DNA of 64,000 nucleotides, from assembly GCA_964498095.1 (NCBI GenBank), contig CAZCFY010000012.1:69807-133806 (forward strand), given 5' to 3'. The position numbers and the translations under genes were made by a program. Shown here in pieces: positions 48,895 to 57,951 of this stretch. The stretch is from an uncultured Bdellovibrionales bacterium. GTDB lineage: Bacteria > Bdellovibrionota > Bdellovibrionia > Bdellovibrionales > SG-bin7. Each line of letters opens with the position of its first letter. Positions within the stretch are counted from its first letter, which is position 1. Below the pieces are notes generated by a model. That model had not been told where the DNA came from and did not search any database. It saw only the letters and a program-made list of their open reading frames with translations.

Positions 48895-48930
48895 CAAAAA
48901 AAAACCGGCAAGGATTAGCTTGCCGGTCTT
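48895..48930 (-). terminator. rho-independent terminator of 48951..49679
   Basis: On the minus strand, accggcaag-ctaatc-cttgccggt is followed by a run of 10 T. Confidence 0.82.
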
Positions 48931-48950
48931 TAGATAAGTAGTCAAAAAGA

Positions 48951-49679
48951 TTACTTCTTCATTACGATAGAGATAGCTCCACCGAAAGAACCCACTTCTT
49001 TGTTCGGGCATTTCGGGTGAATTTCTTTGCCTTTATCACCGCCGTGGCAGTTTAAGCAGTTAGTATCGTAGTACTCGGGAATAATGTAACGAGCTTCTTT
49101 TTTATCCGCGATGTCTTGGAAGAAACCTTTGCCGCGCTCCCAGCCTTTTGTGCTGAGCTTCTCGTTCATTTGTGCAGTTTCCCAAGTATCAGCTTTATTG
49201 TCTGGGTTTACTAAACAATCATCGATCGCTGTTAAGTGAAGTTCGTATTTACCGCCAGAAACTTCTTTAAGTTTCAAACCCACTTCACGCGCAAAACGTG
49301 CGGGTAAAAGTTTGTTGGGGTAATGTTTTGTCGTTGCCCAAGTATCTTTGTACTTGTCGTTGAAAGCGGCTTCGAAAACTTTATCGATCGCTTCTTTCAT
49401 GGCTTTTGTCGCTTCAGAATTTGTCTCAAGCTTTTTGCCTGTTAAAGACAAATATTTTTTATCAACGGCTTTTTGTGCATCAGCCATTTCCATGCCTGCA
49501 GCTTTTGGATTCGTCTGCATTTCTTTAATTTTGTCGGCAATAACTGAACGAGCGGCACGTAGCATCGTAGTTAAAGTTTTTCCGGTCTCTTCGTCTCCGA
49601 ATGAAACAGAGCCAAAGCCAAGTAGACCAGCGACTATGCTCATCTTGAGCACGTTCTTTGCTGTATTTGATAAGATCAT
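48951..49679 (-). CDS. secreted c-type heme protein, DUF3365 (Tll0287-like) family
   Basis: Signal peptide. NPDNKADTWE, CLNCHGG heme motif and terminal GSFGGAISIVM match the DUF3365 pattern. Confidence 0.7.
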   Translation of the reverse strand: MILSNTAKNVLKMSIVAGLLGFGSVSFGDEETGKTLTTMLRAARSVIADKIKEMQTNPKAAGMEMADAQKAVDKKYLSLTGKKLETNSEATKAMKEAIDKVFEAAFNDKYKDTWATTKHYPNKLLPARFAREVGLKLKEVSGGKYELHLTAIDDCLVNPDNKADTWETAQMNEKLSTKGWERGKGFFQDIADKKEARYIIPEYYDTNCLNCHGGDKGKEIHPKCPNKEVGSFGGAISIVMKK

Positions 49680-49736
49680 ATAATTACTCCCTTCCTATCA
49701 ATTGTTAAATCTTCTTAAAAAAAAATCGTTATGTTC

Positions 49737-49763
49737 TTAATTTTGGAAATCGTTCGCCGATAG
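49737..49763 (+). promoter_or_regulatory. sigma28 (FliA)-type promoter candidate for the che operon
   Basis: TTAATTTT-N11-GCCGATAG against the enterobacterial consensus TAAAGTTT-N11-GCCGATAA. Lies ~95 nt upstream of cheA. Confidence 0.45.
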
Positions 49764-49857
49764 TGCAAGAGATAAAAAACAAATCTGGCCGCACTCGGCC
49801 CGCTGCGTCTAGGACAAAAGTCGAGTGAGATCCCAGAAGAGGGTAACGAGAAAATTT

Positions 49858-51588
49858 ATGTCGCAGATAGATTTAGAAGTACTAGGTATCTTTGTCGATG
49901 AAGCGCTAGATGCTCTCGTGGAGTGGGAACGCTCTTGTTTGAACCTTGAGCAAAATGCGAGTGAAAATGATCTCAATGCGCTCTTCCGCGCGGCTCACAA
50001 TATCAAAGGCGCGTCTAAAGCAGTTGGACTCGATAAACTAGGTACTTTTGTTCATCAAATCGAAAATCTAATTACAATCGTTCAAAAAGGGAAACTTAGC
50101 ATTAACAAAGACATCGTGGCTTTATTCTTAAAGGGCCAGGAAATGTTAAACAATTGGGTTTCGCAATTAAAAGCGGATCCTTATTTCACGCTAAATACTT
50201 CGGAATACTGTGCACAGTTAAACAAAGCTCTTGAGGGGGCAAACAGCGAACAAGTGCAGGATCTTGCCGAAACGCAAGTCGCTCACCACGTTGAAGAAAA
50301 TTTATTAGAAGGTGTGGAAGAAAAGCAAAAGGTTCAAGCGCACAAGGCCAACGCAAATCGCGCTAATGAAACCATTCGTATCTCCGCTGAAAAATTAGGT
50401 GAGCTCATTCAGCTTATCGGTGAGCTGTCGATTCACCAATCCATTGTTAACCATGGTAGTACAACTAAATCCTTAGATAGCGAACGCTGTACAAAAGCCA
50501 TCTCGCTAATGAGTAAAGTAATTAAGGATATTCAATCGCGTGCGATGGCGCTACGTATGCAGCCTCTGCAAGGTACCTTCCAGCGTTTAGAGCGTGTCGC
50601 TAAAGACGTGGCTCGCGATCTGAACAAAGAAATAATCGTCTCCGTTGATGGGGGAGACGTTGACCTCGATAAAACCGTAACGGAAAGAATGATTGATCCG
50701 ATGATTCATATTGTCCGCAATGCTGTTGATCACGGTATTGAAGAGCCTGATGAGCGTGAGAAGGGCGGAAAGCCCCGCCAGGCGCGCTTAAGAATTTCGG
50801 CGGAACAAGACGCTAATGGTGTTTTGATTACGGTACGCGATGATGGCCGCGGCATGGATATGGACCGCATTCTGAAAAAGGCCATTGAAAAGAAACTTGC
50901 GGTCTCCGGTGACGGCCTTACAAAAAGGGACATATTAAATTTCATTTTCAAAGCGGGATTCTCTACGGCGGCAAAAGTCACCAACATTTCTGGACGCGGA
51001 GTTGGCTTGGACGTCGTCCGCGGCGTTGTGGATCAGCTCGGTGGATTCGTGGAAGTGGACAGCGATTTTGGCAAAGGCTCAATTTTCAAAATTTCCTTAC
51101 CGACATCGCTGGCCATCTTAGAGGCGATTATTGTCGGCGTATCTGATAATAGATATGTCGTACCTTTGCGTGACGTGAACGAAATTATCGATCTCAATAG
51201 CTATCCGAGAGAAAACACGGCTAAGGGCGGTCAAATGTTGTCGCTGCGTGGAAACGTCGTGCCGATCGAACAATTGTCGAAGTATTTACCGGCAAAAGCC
51301 AACAACATGGGTAAAGAAAATAAAAACGTCCTAGGGAGCAAAGATTATTCTCACCTTCGTCCAGCTTTGATTACGGTGGTGGAAAATAAGCGGCTCGCGT
51401 TTCAAGTTGATTCAATTATAGCGCAGCAACAAGTGGTGATGCGCGATTTAAGTGAGAATTTGTCCCGAATTCCTGGACTCATAGGTGGCACGATTTTGGC
51501 CGATGGAGAACCAGGAATGATTATTGGCCTTGATACTATCGGTAGGGCTTTCTTAAAGTCCTCAGGCATGACGGAGAGTGCGGCATGA
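49858..51588 (+). CDS. cheA: chemotaxis histidine kinase CheA (short, no recognisable P2 domain)
   Basis: Hpt FRAAHNIKGASKAVGL, kinase boxes HIVRNAVDHGIE, DDGRGMD and GRGVGLDVV, plus a CheW-like C-terminal domain. Confidence 0.93.
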   Translation: MSQIDLEVLGIFVDEALDALVEWERSCLNLEQNASENDLNALFRAAHNIKGASKAVGLDKLGTFVHQIENLITIVQKGKLSINKDIVALFLKGQEMLNNWVSQLKADPYFTLNTSEYCAQLNKALEGANSEQVQDLAETQVAHHVEENLLEGVEEKQKVQAHKANANRANETIRISAEKLGELIQLIGELSIHQSIVNHGSTTKSLDSERCTKAISLMSKVIKDIQSRAMALRMQPLQGTFQRLERVAKDVARDLNKEIIVSVDGGDVDLDKTVTERMIDPMIHIVRNAVDHGIEEPDEREKGGKPRQARLRISAEQDANGVLITVRDDGRGMDMDRILKKAIEKKLAVSGDGLTKRDILNFIFKAGFSTAAKVTNISGRGVGLDVVRGVVDQLGGFVEVDSDFGKGSIFKISLPTSLAILEAIIVGVSDNRYVVPLRDVNEIIDLNSYPRENTAKGGQMLSLRGNVVPIEQLSKYLPAKANNMGKENKNVLGSKDYSHLRPALITVVENKRLAFQVDSIIAQQQVVMRDLSENLSRIPGLIGGTILADGEPGMIIGLDTIGRAFLKSSGMTESAA

Positions 51589-52094
51589 GTACAAACGAAC
51601 CAAAGTATACTCACACAAATTACGATCAAGTTCGCGAAGAAGACAATATTGATAATAAGTATCTTCTTTTCCGTTTAGGAGACGAGCTCTATGGAACTCC
51701 TCTGCTAGGCGTTCGCGAGGTGGTTGAGCCCCAAGCTTCAAAACCAATTCCGAATACGCCAAAACATTTTTCCGGCGTAATCAATATTCGCGGGGAGATC
51801 GTGGGAGTTATCGATCTTCGTATGCGTTTTAATCACAAAGCAGAACCAAGCCCACTTCAAGCCTTAATGGTTTTCTCTACGGACGGTGGGCCAATGGCTG
51901 GATTAGTTGATAAAGTGGAATCAGTTATTTCTTTAACTGATAAAGAAATTGAACACAATCCAAACGTGGGTATCGATGTAAGTCGTGATGCTTTAATCGG
52001 AATCGGAAAGCATTCAAAACGTCTTATTACGCTCATCGATCTACACAAAGTATTACAAGCACATAGTTTAGAAGGTAAAAAGTTAACAGCATAA
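51585..52094 (+). CDS. cheW: chemotaxis coupling protein CheW
   Basis: YLLFRLGDELYGTPLLGVREV...INIRGEIVGVIDLR. ATGA overlap with cheA. Confidence 0.92.
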   Translation: MSTNEPKYTHTNYDQVREEDNIDNKYLLFRLGDELYGTPLLGVREVVEPQASKPIPNTPKHFSGVINIRGEIVGVIDLRMRFNHKAEPSPLQALMVFSTDGGPMAGLVDKVESVISLTDKEIEHNPNVGIDVSRDALIGIGKHSKRLITLIDLHKVLQAHSLEGKKLTA

Positions 52095-52118
52095 ATTTCT
52101 TTTAAGGGGAGAAGTTCC

Positions 52119-54395
52119 ATGAAAAAGAGCAACACACGCAGATCACTAAAAGTAAAGGTCATGGCCCTGTCATTGGGCATGATGTTAGTGATGGTATTCA
52201 TTGGAGCGCTGATGGTCATTGTACTTAACGGTAAACAGCAAGAGCTGGCGTTAGGTAACATGTCAACTGCAGCGCAAGGGTTGTCGGCATCGGTTGCCGC
52301 ACAATTCAAACAACGTTATGGTGACGTGCAAGCGTTCGCATCCAACAGCACAATGTTGTTGGCAGACGAAACGGCGGTTACCGAAGTGCTAAACAAGTAT
52401 GTTCAACTCTACGGAATATACGATGTTATCGCGCTTTACGATATCGAAGGGGACCTTGTGGCCGCCAACGATACTTCGTTTGATGGCAAGAAAATCCCCG
52501 AATACAAAAAGTTAAAACAAACAAATCAAAAGAATAGCAAATGGTTCGTCGAAACGTTTAAACAAAACTATTCTGATGAAAAGGAAAAAGGTTTAATTGG
52601 AACTTTCGTTGAGGACTTTCAAGTAGATCCAGTATCTACGATGGCCTACGGCGAAACTCGCTACGGTAACAGTTATTCGCGCTCTATCAAAAACGCCGAG
52701 GGTTTAATTACCGGTGTGTTAACGGCGCGTGCGAACTTCCGCTACGTCGAAAAAGAATTCCAAAACTACTATCAAACTTTAAAGGGTAACGGCTTAGAAA
52801 ACGTTGAACTTACCATGGTAAATGGTTCTGGACACGTGATTGTTGACTATGATCCTTTCTGGACAAAAACAATGGACATTGCCCATAAAGAAGATGTTCT
52901 TCTTAAATTGAATTTAGCAGACGCCGGTGTTGCTGCGGCCAACGAAGTTCGTCAAGGTAAAACGGGATCCAATATCTCCCACCACAAACGTAAGGATATC
53001 GATCAGTTCTCGGGCTTTGCAAGTTTGAAAACCAACCCCTCGGTGCTTTCAAGCTTAAATTGGGGCGTGATAGTCCGCGCCGAAGAGCGCGCGATTTTAG
53101 GCGCCATCCAAGATTCAGTTCGTCCTTTCTACTTTATTGCTGCCTTCGCGTTACTCGCCGCCGCTTTCTTTGGATTCTGGTGGTCAAACGCCATGAGCTC
53201 ACAATTAGTGGCGGTATCTGGCCGCTTAAAAGTCGGTGCGGATGAAACCTCATCAACCTCTGATGAACTGCAAAACTGCGCGAAAGAGCTTGCGGTGTGC
53301 AGTAACGAACAAGCCGCTGCGGTTCAAGAAACAGTCGCAGCGATGGAAGAGATGAACTCTATGATCAATCAATCGTCTGAGTACATTTCTGAGTCTCTCC
53401 AATCTGCAAAACGCGTTTCTGAGAAAACCGAAGAGGGCGCGCAAATTATGAGGCAGATGGTGGACGCGATGGAATCTATCCAAGAAGCGAACAGCCAACT
53501 CCAAAACATGGCTAACATCATCAACGAAATTAGTGCCAAAACAAACGTAATTAACGATATCGTGTTCAAAACACAACTTCTATCGTTCAACGCCTCGATC
53601 GAAGCAGCGCGCGCCGGCCAACATGGTCGTGGATTCGCGGTTGTTGCGGAAGAGGTCGGAAATCTGGCGCAAATGTCAGGTGCCGCAGCGAAAGAGATTA
53701 AGAGCTTGCTAGATGATTCACAAAAGCAAGTGTTGCAAATCGTTGAGATCACTCGTGCTCGTTCCCAAGACGGTCAAGAGGTTTCAAAACGTGCGCAAAA
53801 AACTTTCGATGACATCGCTCAAGAGATTAAAGGTATCACATCACAAATTGAATCTGTGAACGATGCCGCTCGCGAGCAAGAAAACGGTGTACAACAAACA
53901 ACTGTATCCATGAATAAACTCGACGAAGCGACAACTCGCAGCGCCCGCATGGGTGAAGCTGTGTCGGTTGCTGCCGATAACTTGTCAGAACAAAGCCGCC
54001 GCATGAACCAAATCATGAGAGCGACAATGTTACTTGTTCAAGGTACGGCCGAAGATTCTCGCGGTGGCCGGGGTGGTGACTTCGTTGAAGAACTCATCAA
54101 TGGTCCGCGCAAGAAAACTATGACCGCAAAAGACAGTGAGAATGAAAAAGAAGTTGAGAAAATTCTTACTGAAACCGCCGCTCACGGTAAAGCCGTGGCC
54201 GGTGCGGACATTAAGAAGGGTTTAAGCAAGTTGGCTAATAAGAAAGACAACATTTTAGCGATGGTCGATAAGATTAAATCTAAAGTGTCAGAAAGTCCGA
54301 TGAAGCCAACAAAACGTCCTCCGACAACTAAAAATGCGGAAGAACCCTCTGAGGATGTTGACGCAGACGATTCATCTTTTAAGAAGACCGTTTAA
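52119..54395 (+). CDS. methyl-accepting chemotaxis protein with large periplasmic (Cache-like) domain
   Basis: Two TM segments flank a ~300-aa periplasmic region. Signalling hairpin [40 protein letters not shown]. Confidence 0.93.
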   Translation: MKKSNTRRSLKVKVMALSLGMMLVMVFIGALMVIVLNGKQQELALGNMSTAAQGLSASVAAQFKQRYGDVQAFASNSTMLLADETAVTEVLNKYVQLYGIYDVIALYDIEGDLVAANDTSFDGKKIPEYKKLKQTNQKNSKWFVETFKQNYSDEKEKGLIGTFVEDFQVDPVSTMAYGETRYGNSYSRSIKNAEGLITGVLTARANFRYVEKEFQNYYQTLKGNGLENVELTMVNGSGHVIVDYDPFWTKTMDIAHKEDVLLKLNLADAGVAAANEVRQGKTGSNISHHKRKDIDQFSGFASLKTNPSVLSSLNWGVIVRAEERAILGAIQDSVRPFYFIAAFALLAAAFFGFWWSNAMSSQLVAVSGRLKVGADETSSTSDELQNCAKELAVCSNEQAAAVQETVAAMEEMNSMINQSSEYISESLQSAKRVSEKTEEGAQIMRQMVDAMESIQEANSQLQNMANIINEISAKTNVINDIVFKTQLLSFNASIEAARAGQHGRGFAVVAEEVGNLAQMSGAAAKEIKSLLDDSQKQVLQIVEITRARSQDGQEVSKRAQKTFDDIAQEIKGITSQIESVNDAAREQENGVQQTTVSMNKLDEATTRSARMGEAVSVAADNLSEQSRRMNQIMRATMLLVQGTAEDSRGGRGGDFVEELINGPRKKTMTAKDSENEKEVEKILTETAAHGKAVAGADIKKGLSKLANKKDNILAMVDKIKSKVSESPMKPTKRPPTTKNAEEPSEDVDADDSSFKKTV

Positions 54396-54451
54396 CCCTT
54401 AGCCCGCCAATGTACGGGATCAGAGGCCGAATGAACTGGCAACCTCTAAAT

Positions 54452-54479
54452 GTGCTCACGGAGATAAAACCGTGAGCAC
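54452..54479 (+). promoter_or_regulatory. perfect 10-bp stem-loop enclosing the Shine-Dalgarno sequence and GTG start of the cheR-REC-cheB gene
   Basis: gtgctcacgg-agataaaa-ccgtgagcac. The GTG start (54472-54474) lies in the 3' arm and GGAG (54460-54463) spans the stem/loop border. Confidence 0.55.
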
Positions 54480-56364
54480 TATTAATTTTAACGAAGAAGA
54501 AAAGGAAATTATCTTCACGATCGCGGAAAAAATTACCGGCACCTGTCAGACCGGTAAATACCGCCGCGGAATTTTAGTTTCCAACGTCGCCAGACGTATT
54601 ATGGCCACGCGATCAGCCGACTTAGAGGCCTATCTCGAGGTTGTTTGGTCAAACCCCGATGAAATGGGCGAGTTTATTTCAGCTCTAACAATTCACACGA
54701 CTCACTGGTTTCGCGAGAATAATCACTTTCAAAGATTAGAACAAATTTTAACCCGCGAAGGTTTTAACCTCGATGGTGAAAAATTTAGATTACTTTGCGC
54801 CGCTACCTCTACCGGAGAAGAAGCGTATTCTTTTGGGCTAGTGCTCGAAAACATGCGCCGATTGGTGCCAGGCTTTGAATACGAAATCGTGGCTCGGGAC
54901 ATCGACCCCGTTTGTATCGCGAAAGCAAAAAAGGGCATTTATAAAGTTAACGAAGACCTAAAAAAAATCAAAGAAAATTACCGCCGCTTTTTGATGTTCG
55001 GTACTGGCAAAACCAAAGGTTTTTTTACGATCGATAAAGCAATTAGGGATCGTATTAAATTTGAAGTGCAAAGTTTAACGGATGCGGTCGATGATCAAGT
55101 CCCGGTCTTCGACTGGGTTGTGTGCCGTAACGTACTAATTTATTTTAAGCCCGACGACGTAGAAAAAATCATTCGCAAACTCATGACCCAAGTAAAACCC
55201 GCCGGCACCCTCGTGCTAGGTTCGTCAGAATCCATTGAGCCCAAAAAATATGAGTTGCACTCCGTAGGAAACTCCAGTTACGTTCGCGCCGAAATGCCCA
55301 AAGACGGTAAGAGCAGCAAAAACCGTGTATTGGTTATCGACGACTCCTCAACGATTCGTCTCCGTTTAGCCAAAATTCTTTCGCCCGCATTTAAAGTGGT
55401 TTCGGTTGGTTCTGCGGATGAAGCTACAGATTACTTAAAAATAAATAAAGTTGACGTTATTACTCTGGACTTAAACATGCCAGGTAAGGATGGTTCGACT
55501 TGGTTAATGGAACAACGGCGAATGGGTATGACGACTCCCGTGACAATCGTTTCTGGAGCCTCGCCTTCGGAAGTGCAAAGCGTGTTAACCGCACTGGGTG
55601 ATGGCGCCCAGGACTGTATTGATAAAGCAGAACTGCAGGGCGACACCGACCAGATTATCACTCGCTTAAATGCACTCATTGACGGAAACGTAAATCGCCG
55701 AGCAATAAATCAAAAGCGCCGTGGTCCCAAGGCTTCGTCGAAGGGATTTGTGGTTAAACCCCCTTATCCCGATTTGATTTTAGTTGGCGCTAGTACGGGT
55801 GGCACAGAAACACTTTGTAGCTTACTTAAAAATTTTCATTCTAATTGTCCGCCCGTTGTTGTTGTTCAACACATCCAACCGGGGTTCGCCAAAGGTTTTG
55901 CCGAGCGATTGGCTAGCATTTCGGGACTTACTTTAGGTCAGTCGCGTGATGGTGTTGAGTTATCGAGTCATCATTTGTATATGGCCCATGGAGATTATCA
56001 CATTGGTGTCCGTCAGAAAGATGGAAAATATTTTTTACAGGCGGCAAATAATCCTCCCGTAAATCGCCATCGTCCCAGTGTTGATTTTCTCTTTCAATCC
56101 GCGCAACTCGTTAAAGGAAGTATTTTTGCCGCCATTCTTACGGGAATGGGATCCGACGGCGCAAAAGGTTTGTTAGGCTTAAAACAATTAGGCGCGACAA
56201 CTTTCGCGCAAGACGAATCAAGTTGCGTTGTTTTCGGTATGCCGAAAGAAGCCATTAAGTTAGGTGCCGCGAGTTTTGTTGGCGAGCCATATGAGATTCG
56301 TCGAGAGATGGATAAAGTGCTTTTAGATCCAGATGCGCGGGCAAAATCCAAAAAAGCTGCCTAA
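54472..56364 (+). CDS. fusion protein: CheR methyltransferase + receiver domain + CheB methylesterase
   Basis: CheR: LLCAATSTGEEAYSFG, VVCRNVLIYF. REC: VLVIDDSS, ITLDLNMPGKDG. CheB: GASTGG (Ser), VVVVQHI (His), GMGSDG (Asp). Confidence 0.88.
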   Translation: MSTINFNEEEKEIIFTIAEKITGTCQTGKYRRGILVSNVARRIMATRSADLEAYLEVVWSNPDEMGEFISALTIHTTHWFRENNHFQRLEQILTREGFNLDGEKFRLLCAATSTGEEAYSFGLVLENMRRLVPGFEYEIVARDIDPVCIAKAKKGIYKVNEDLKKIKENYRRFLMFGTGKTKGFFTIDKAIRDRIKFEVQSLTDAVDDQVPVFDWVVCRNVLIYFKPDDVEKIIRKLMTQVKPAGTLVLGSSESIEPKKYELHSVGNSSYVRAEMPKDGKSSKNRVLVIDDSSTIRLRLAKILSPAFKVVSVGSADEATDYLKINKVDVITLDLNMPGKDGSTWLMEQRRMGMTTPVTIVSGASPSEVQSVLTALGDGAQDCIDKAELQGDTDQIITRLNALIDGNVNRRAINQKRRGPKASSKGFVVKPPYPDLILVGASTGGTETLCSLLKNFHSNCPPVVVVQHIQPGFAKGFAERLASISGLTLGQSRDGVELSSHHLYMAHGDYHIGVRQKDGKYFLQAANNPPVNRHRPSVDFLFQSAQLVKGSIFAAILTGMGSDGAKGLLGLKQLGATTFAQDESSCVVFGMPKEAIKLGAASFVGEPYEIRREMDKVLLDPDARAKSKKAA

Positions 56365-56480
56365 TCATCCTGCAAAACTAGACTAACATCCCAATTCGTT
56401 AGCCCTTTTCTATTTAAAATGTGTTGACAGGCCTAGACATAACTTCAAAAATTTATGGTGTAAGGCATTAAAAAGTAAGA

Positions 56481-56521
56481 GTGTTCCAAGTTTATTTAAG
56501 AATAAAAATAATTTGGAACAC
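56481..56521. repeat. 9-bp inverted repeat (gtgttccaa ... ttggaacac) with 23-nt AT-rich spacer in the porin 5' region
   Basis: Arms at 56481..56489 and 56513..56521, between a TTGACA-N17-AAAAAT promoter-like element (56424..56452) and the AAGGAG Shine-Dalgarno sequence. Confidence 0.5.
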
Positions 56522-56545
56522 TAAGTTTAAATAAAGGAGAGCAAC

Positions 56546-57793
56546 ATGATGAAACATTTTAGAATCGTCGCTGTAGCACTGGCCGCTGTAGGTCTTGTGT
56601 CAACAGCATACGCCGGAGACATGACGGTCGACGGTAAGGCAAGATTCCGTGGAGAGCAATTAACCGTTGGTTCAAGCGCTCAAGCGGATATTATGTCAAT
56701 CGCTACTGAGGTAAATATGAAATGGGCACCAGATCCAAAAGTGTCTGTTTTCTTTCAGCCCAAATTTGTAAAAATTATGGGTCAATCCCCTGCTGGCGGC
56801 ACAACTAGTGACGCAACAATGGGTGTACACCAGGCATATACCAACATAATGCCCACCGAAAAGATTTCTTACCAAATTGGGCGCTTCGAAATGAAATACG
56901 GAGATGAGTTGGTAATTGGTCCGGTAGGATGGTCGATGACTGGCCGTGCTTTCGACGGCTTGCGAGCTCACTGGGTTGCTAACGACATCATTTGGTTAGA
57001 CGTATTCTACAATAAAAACGTAGAGACTTCGACATTTGCGGCGACTGGTAACACTGGTCCAACAGCAACAGCTGATACAAACTTTATCGGCCTTTACTTA
57101 GGTGGAAAACCAGGTGGAGCGATAGCAGAAGCAGATCTTTATTACTTAATTCTTCAAGAGAATACTCCATCGGGCACAGGAACAGACAAAGAAGAGGATC
57201 GTGCCACTATGGGTGTTCGCTTAAAAGGTGCAACTGGCCCAGTTGACTACCGAGTTGAGTACACCACTCAGTCTGGTAAAGACTATAAAGGCTTCCAAGC
57301 CATTGACGGCGATATTAAAGACGCTGATCAAACAAATGCGGAAGTTGGTTTCAAAACTGGGGATACTCGTATCGCTGTCGAATACTTCACTGCGAACAAA
57401 AACTACGACCAACTTTTCCCTACTGGCCATAAATGGTTAGGTTTTGCGGATCTTTTCGGTCGTCGTAATATCAACGGAATTCGTGCGGGAGTTTCTCATA
57501 AGTTCATGGAGCACATGAGCGTAATGCTTGATTACCATACGTTCAGCAGAACTGATGACACTACTGCCGTTTATAAACTTGATGGCTCTACTGCATGGGG
57601 TGCTAACACTGGTAGTTCAAAAGACATCGGTACAGAAATCGACTTAACATTAGTTTGCAGCAAAATCAAAAATTTGACTTGGCAAGCTGGTTACTCAATC
57701 TTTAGTGCTGGCGACTATGGTAAAGCTAACATCACTGGTACTACGGAAACTAATGCATCTTTCGGTTATTTAATGGCTACAACTACTTTCTAA
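56546..57793 (+). CDS. outer-membrane porin-like beta-barrel protein
   Basis: Signal peptide ...STAYA, GKARFRGE start typical of alginate-export/porin-like barrels, C-terminal ...MATTTF. Confidence 0.7.
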   Translation: MMKHFRIVAVALAAVGLVSTAYAGDMTVDGKARFRGEQLTVGSSAQADIMSIATEVNMKWAPDPKVSVFFQPKFVKIMGQSPAGGTTSDATMGVHQAYTNIMPTEKISYQIGRFEMKYGDELVIGPVGWSMTGRAFDGLRAHWVANDIIWLDVFYNKNVETSTFAATGNTGPTATADTNFIGLYLGGKPGGAIAEADLYYLILQENTPSGTGTDKEEDRATMGVRLKGATGPVDYRVEYTTQSGKDYKGFQAIDGDIKDADQTNAEVGFKTGDTRIAVEYFTANKNYDQLFPTGHKWLGFADLFGRRNINGIRAGVSHKFMEHMSVMLDYHTFSRTDDTTAVYKLDGSTAWGANTGSSKDIGTEIDLTLVCSKIKNLTWQAGYSIFSAGDYGKANITGTTETNASFGYLMATTTF

Positions 57794-57820
57794 TTTAGAA
57801 AATTTAGTTAAGTCGCAAGA

Positions 57821-57855
57821 AAGGCAGCTCCCCACGGGCTGCCTTTTTTGTTTTT
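57821..57855 (+). terminator. rho-independent terminator of the porin gene
   Basis: aaggcagctc-cccac-gggctgcctt followed by ttttgttttt. Confidence 0.82.
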
Positions 57856-57869
57856 GGGGTGGCGCCGTT

Positions 57870-57903
57870 GGGTCGGGGAGGGACTCTTCGGGAGGGATTG
57901 GGG
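57870..57903 (+). other. canonical G-quadruplex motif in a GC-rich intergenic patch
   Basis: GGG-tc-GGGG-a-GGG-actcttc-GGG-a-GGG-att-GGGG: six G-tracts of 3 or more with loops of 7 nt or less. Confidence 0.4.
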
Positions 57904-57951
57904 ACGTCGGCACGCTGTGCCGATGGCAAACATTCTGCCAGAAGCGTACCC

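Noticed and set aside
51857-52309. 150-aa minus-strand ORF spanning the cheW/mcp junction
   Set aside because: It overlaps two well-supported plus-strand genes, and its Cys/Met-rich translation has no recognisable features or ribosome-binding site.
53253-53752. Two long minus-strand ORFs (107 and 127 aa) inside the mcp gene
   Set aside because: The MCP signalling-domain coiled coil (Ala/Glu/Gln-rich heptads) typically leaves the antisense frames stop-free. The translations have no motifs.
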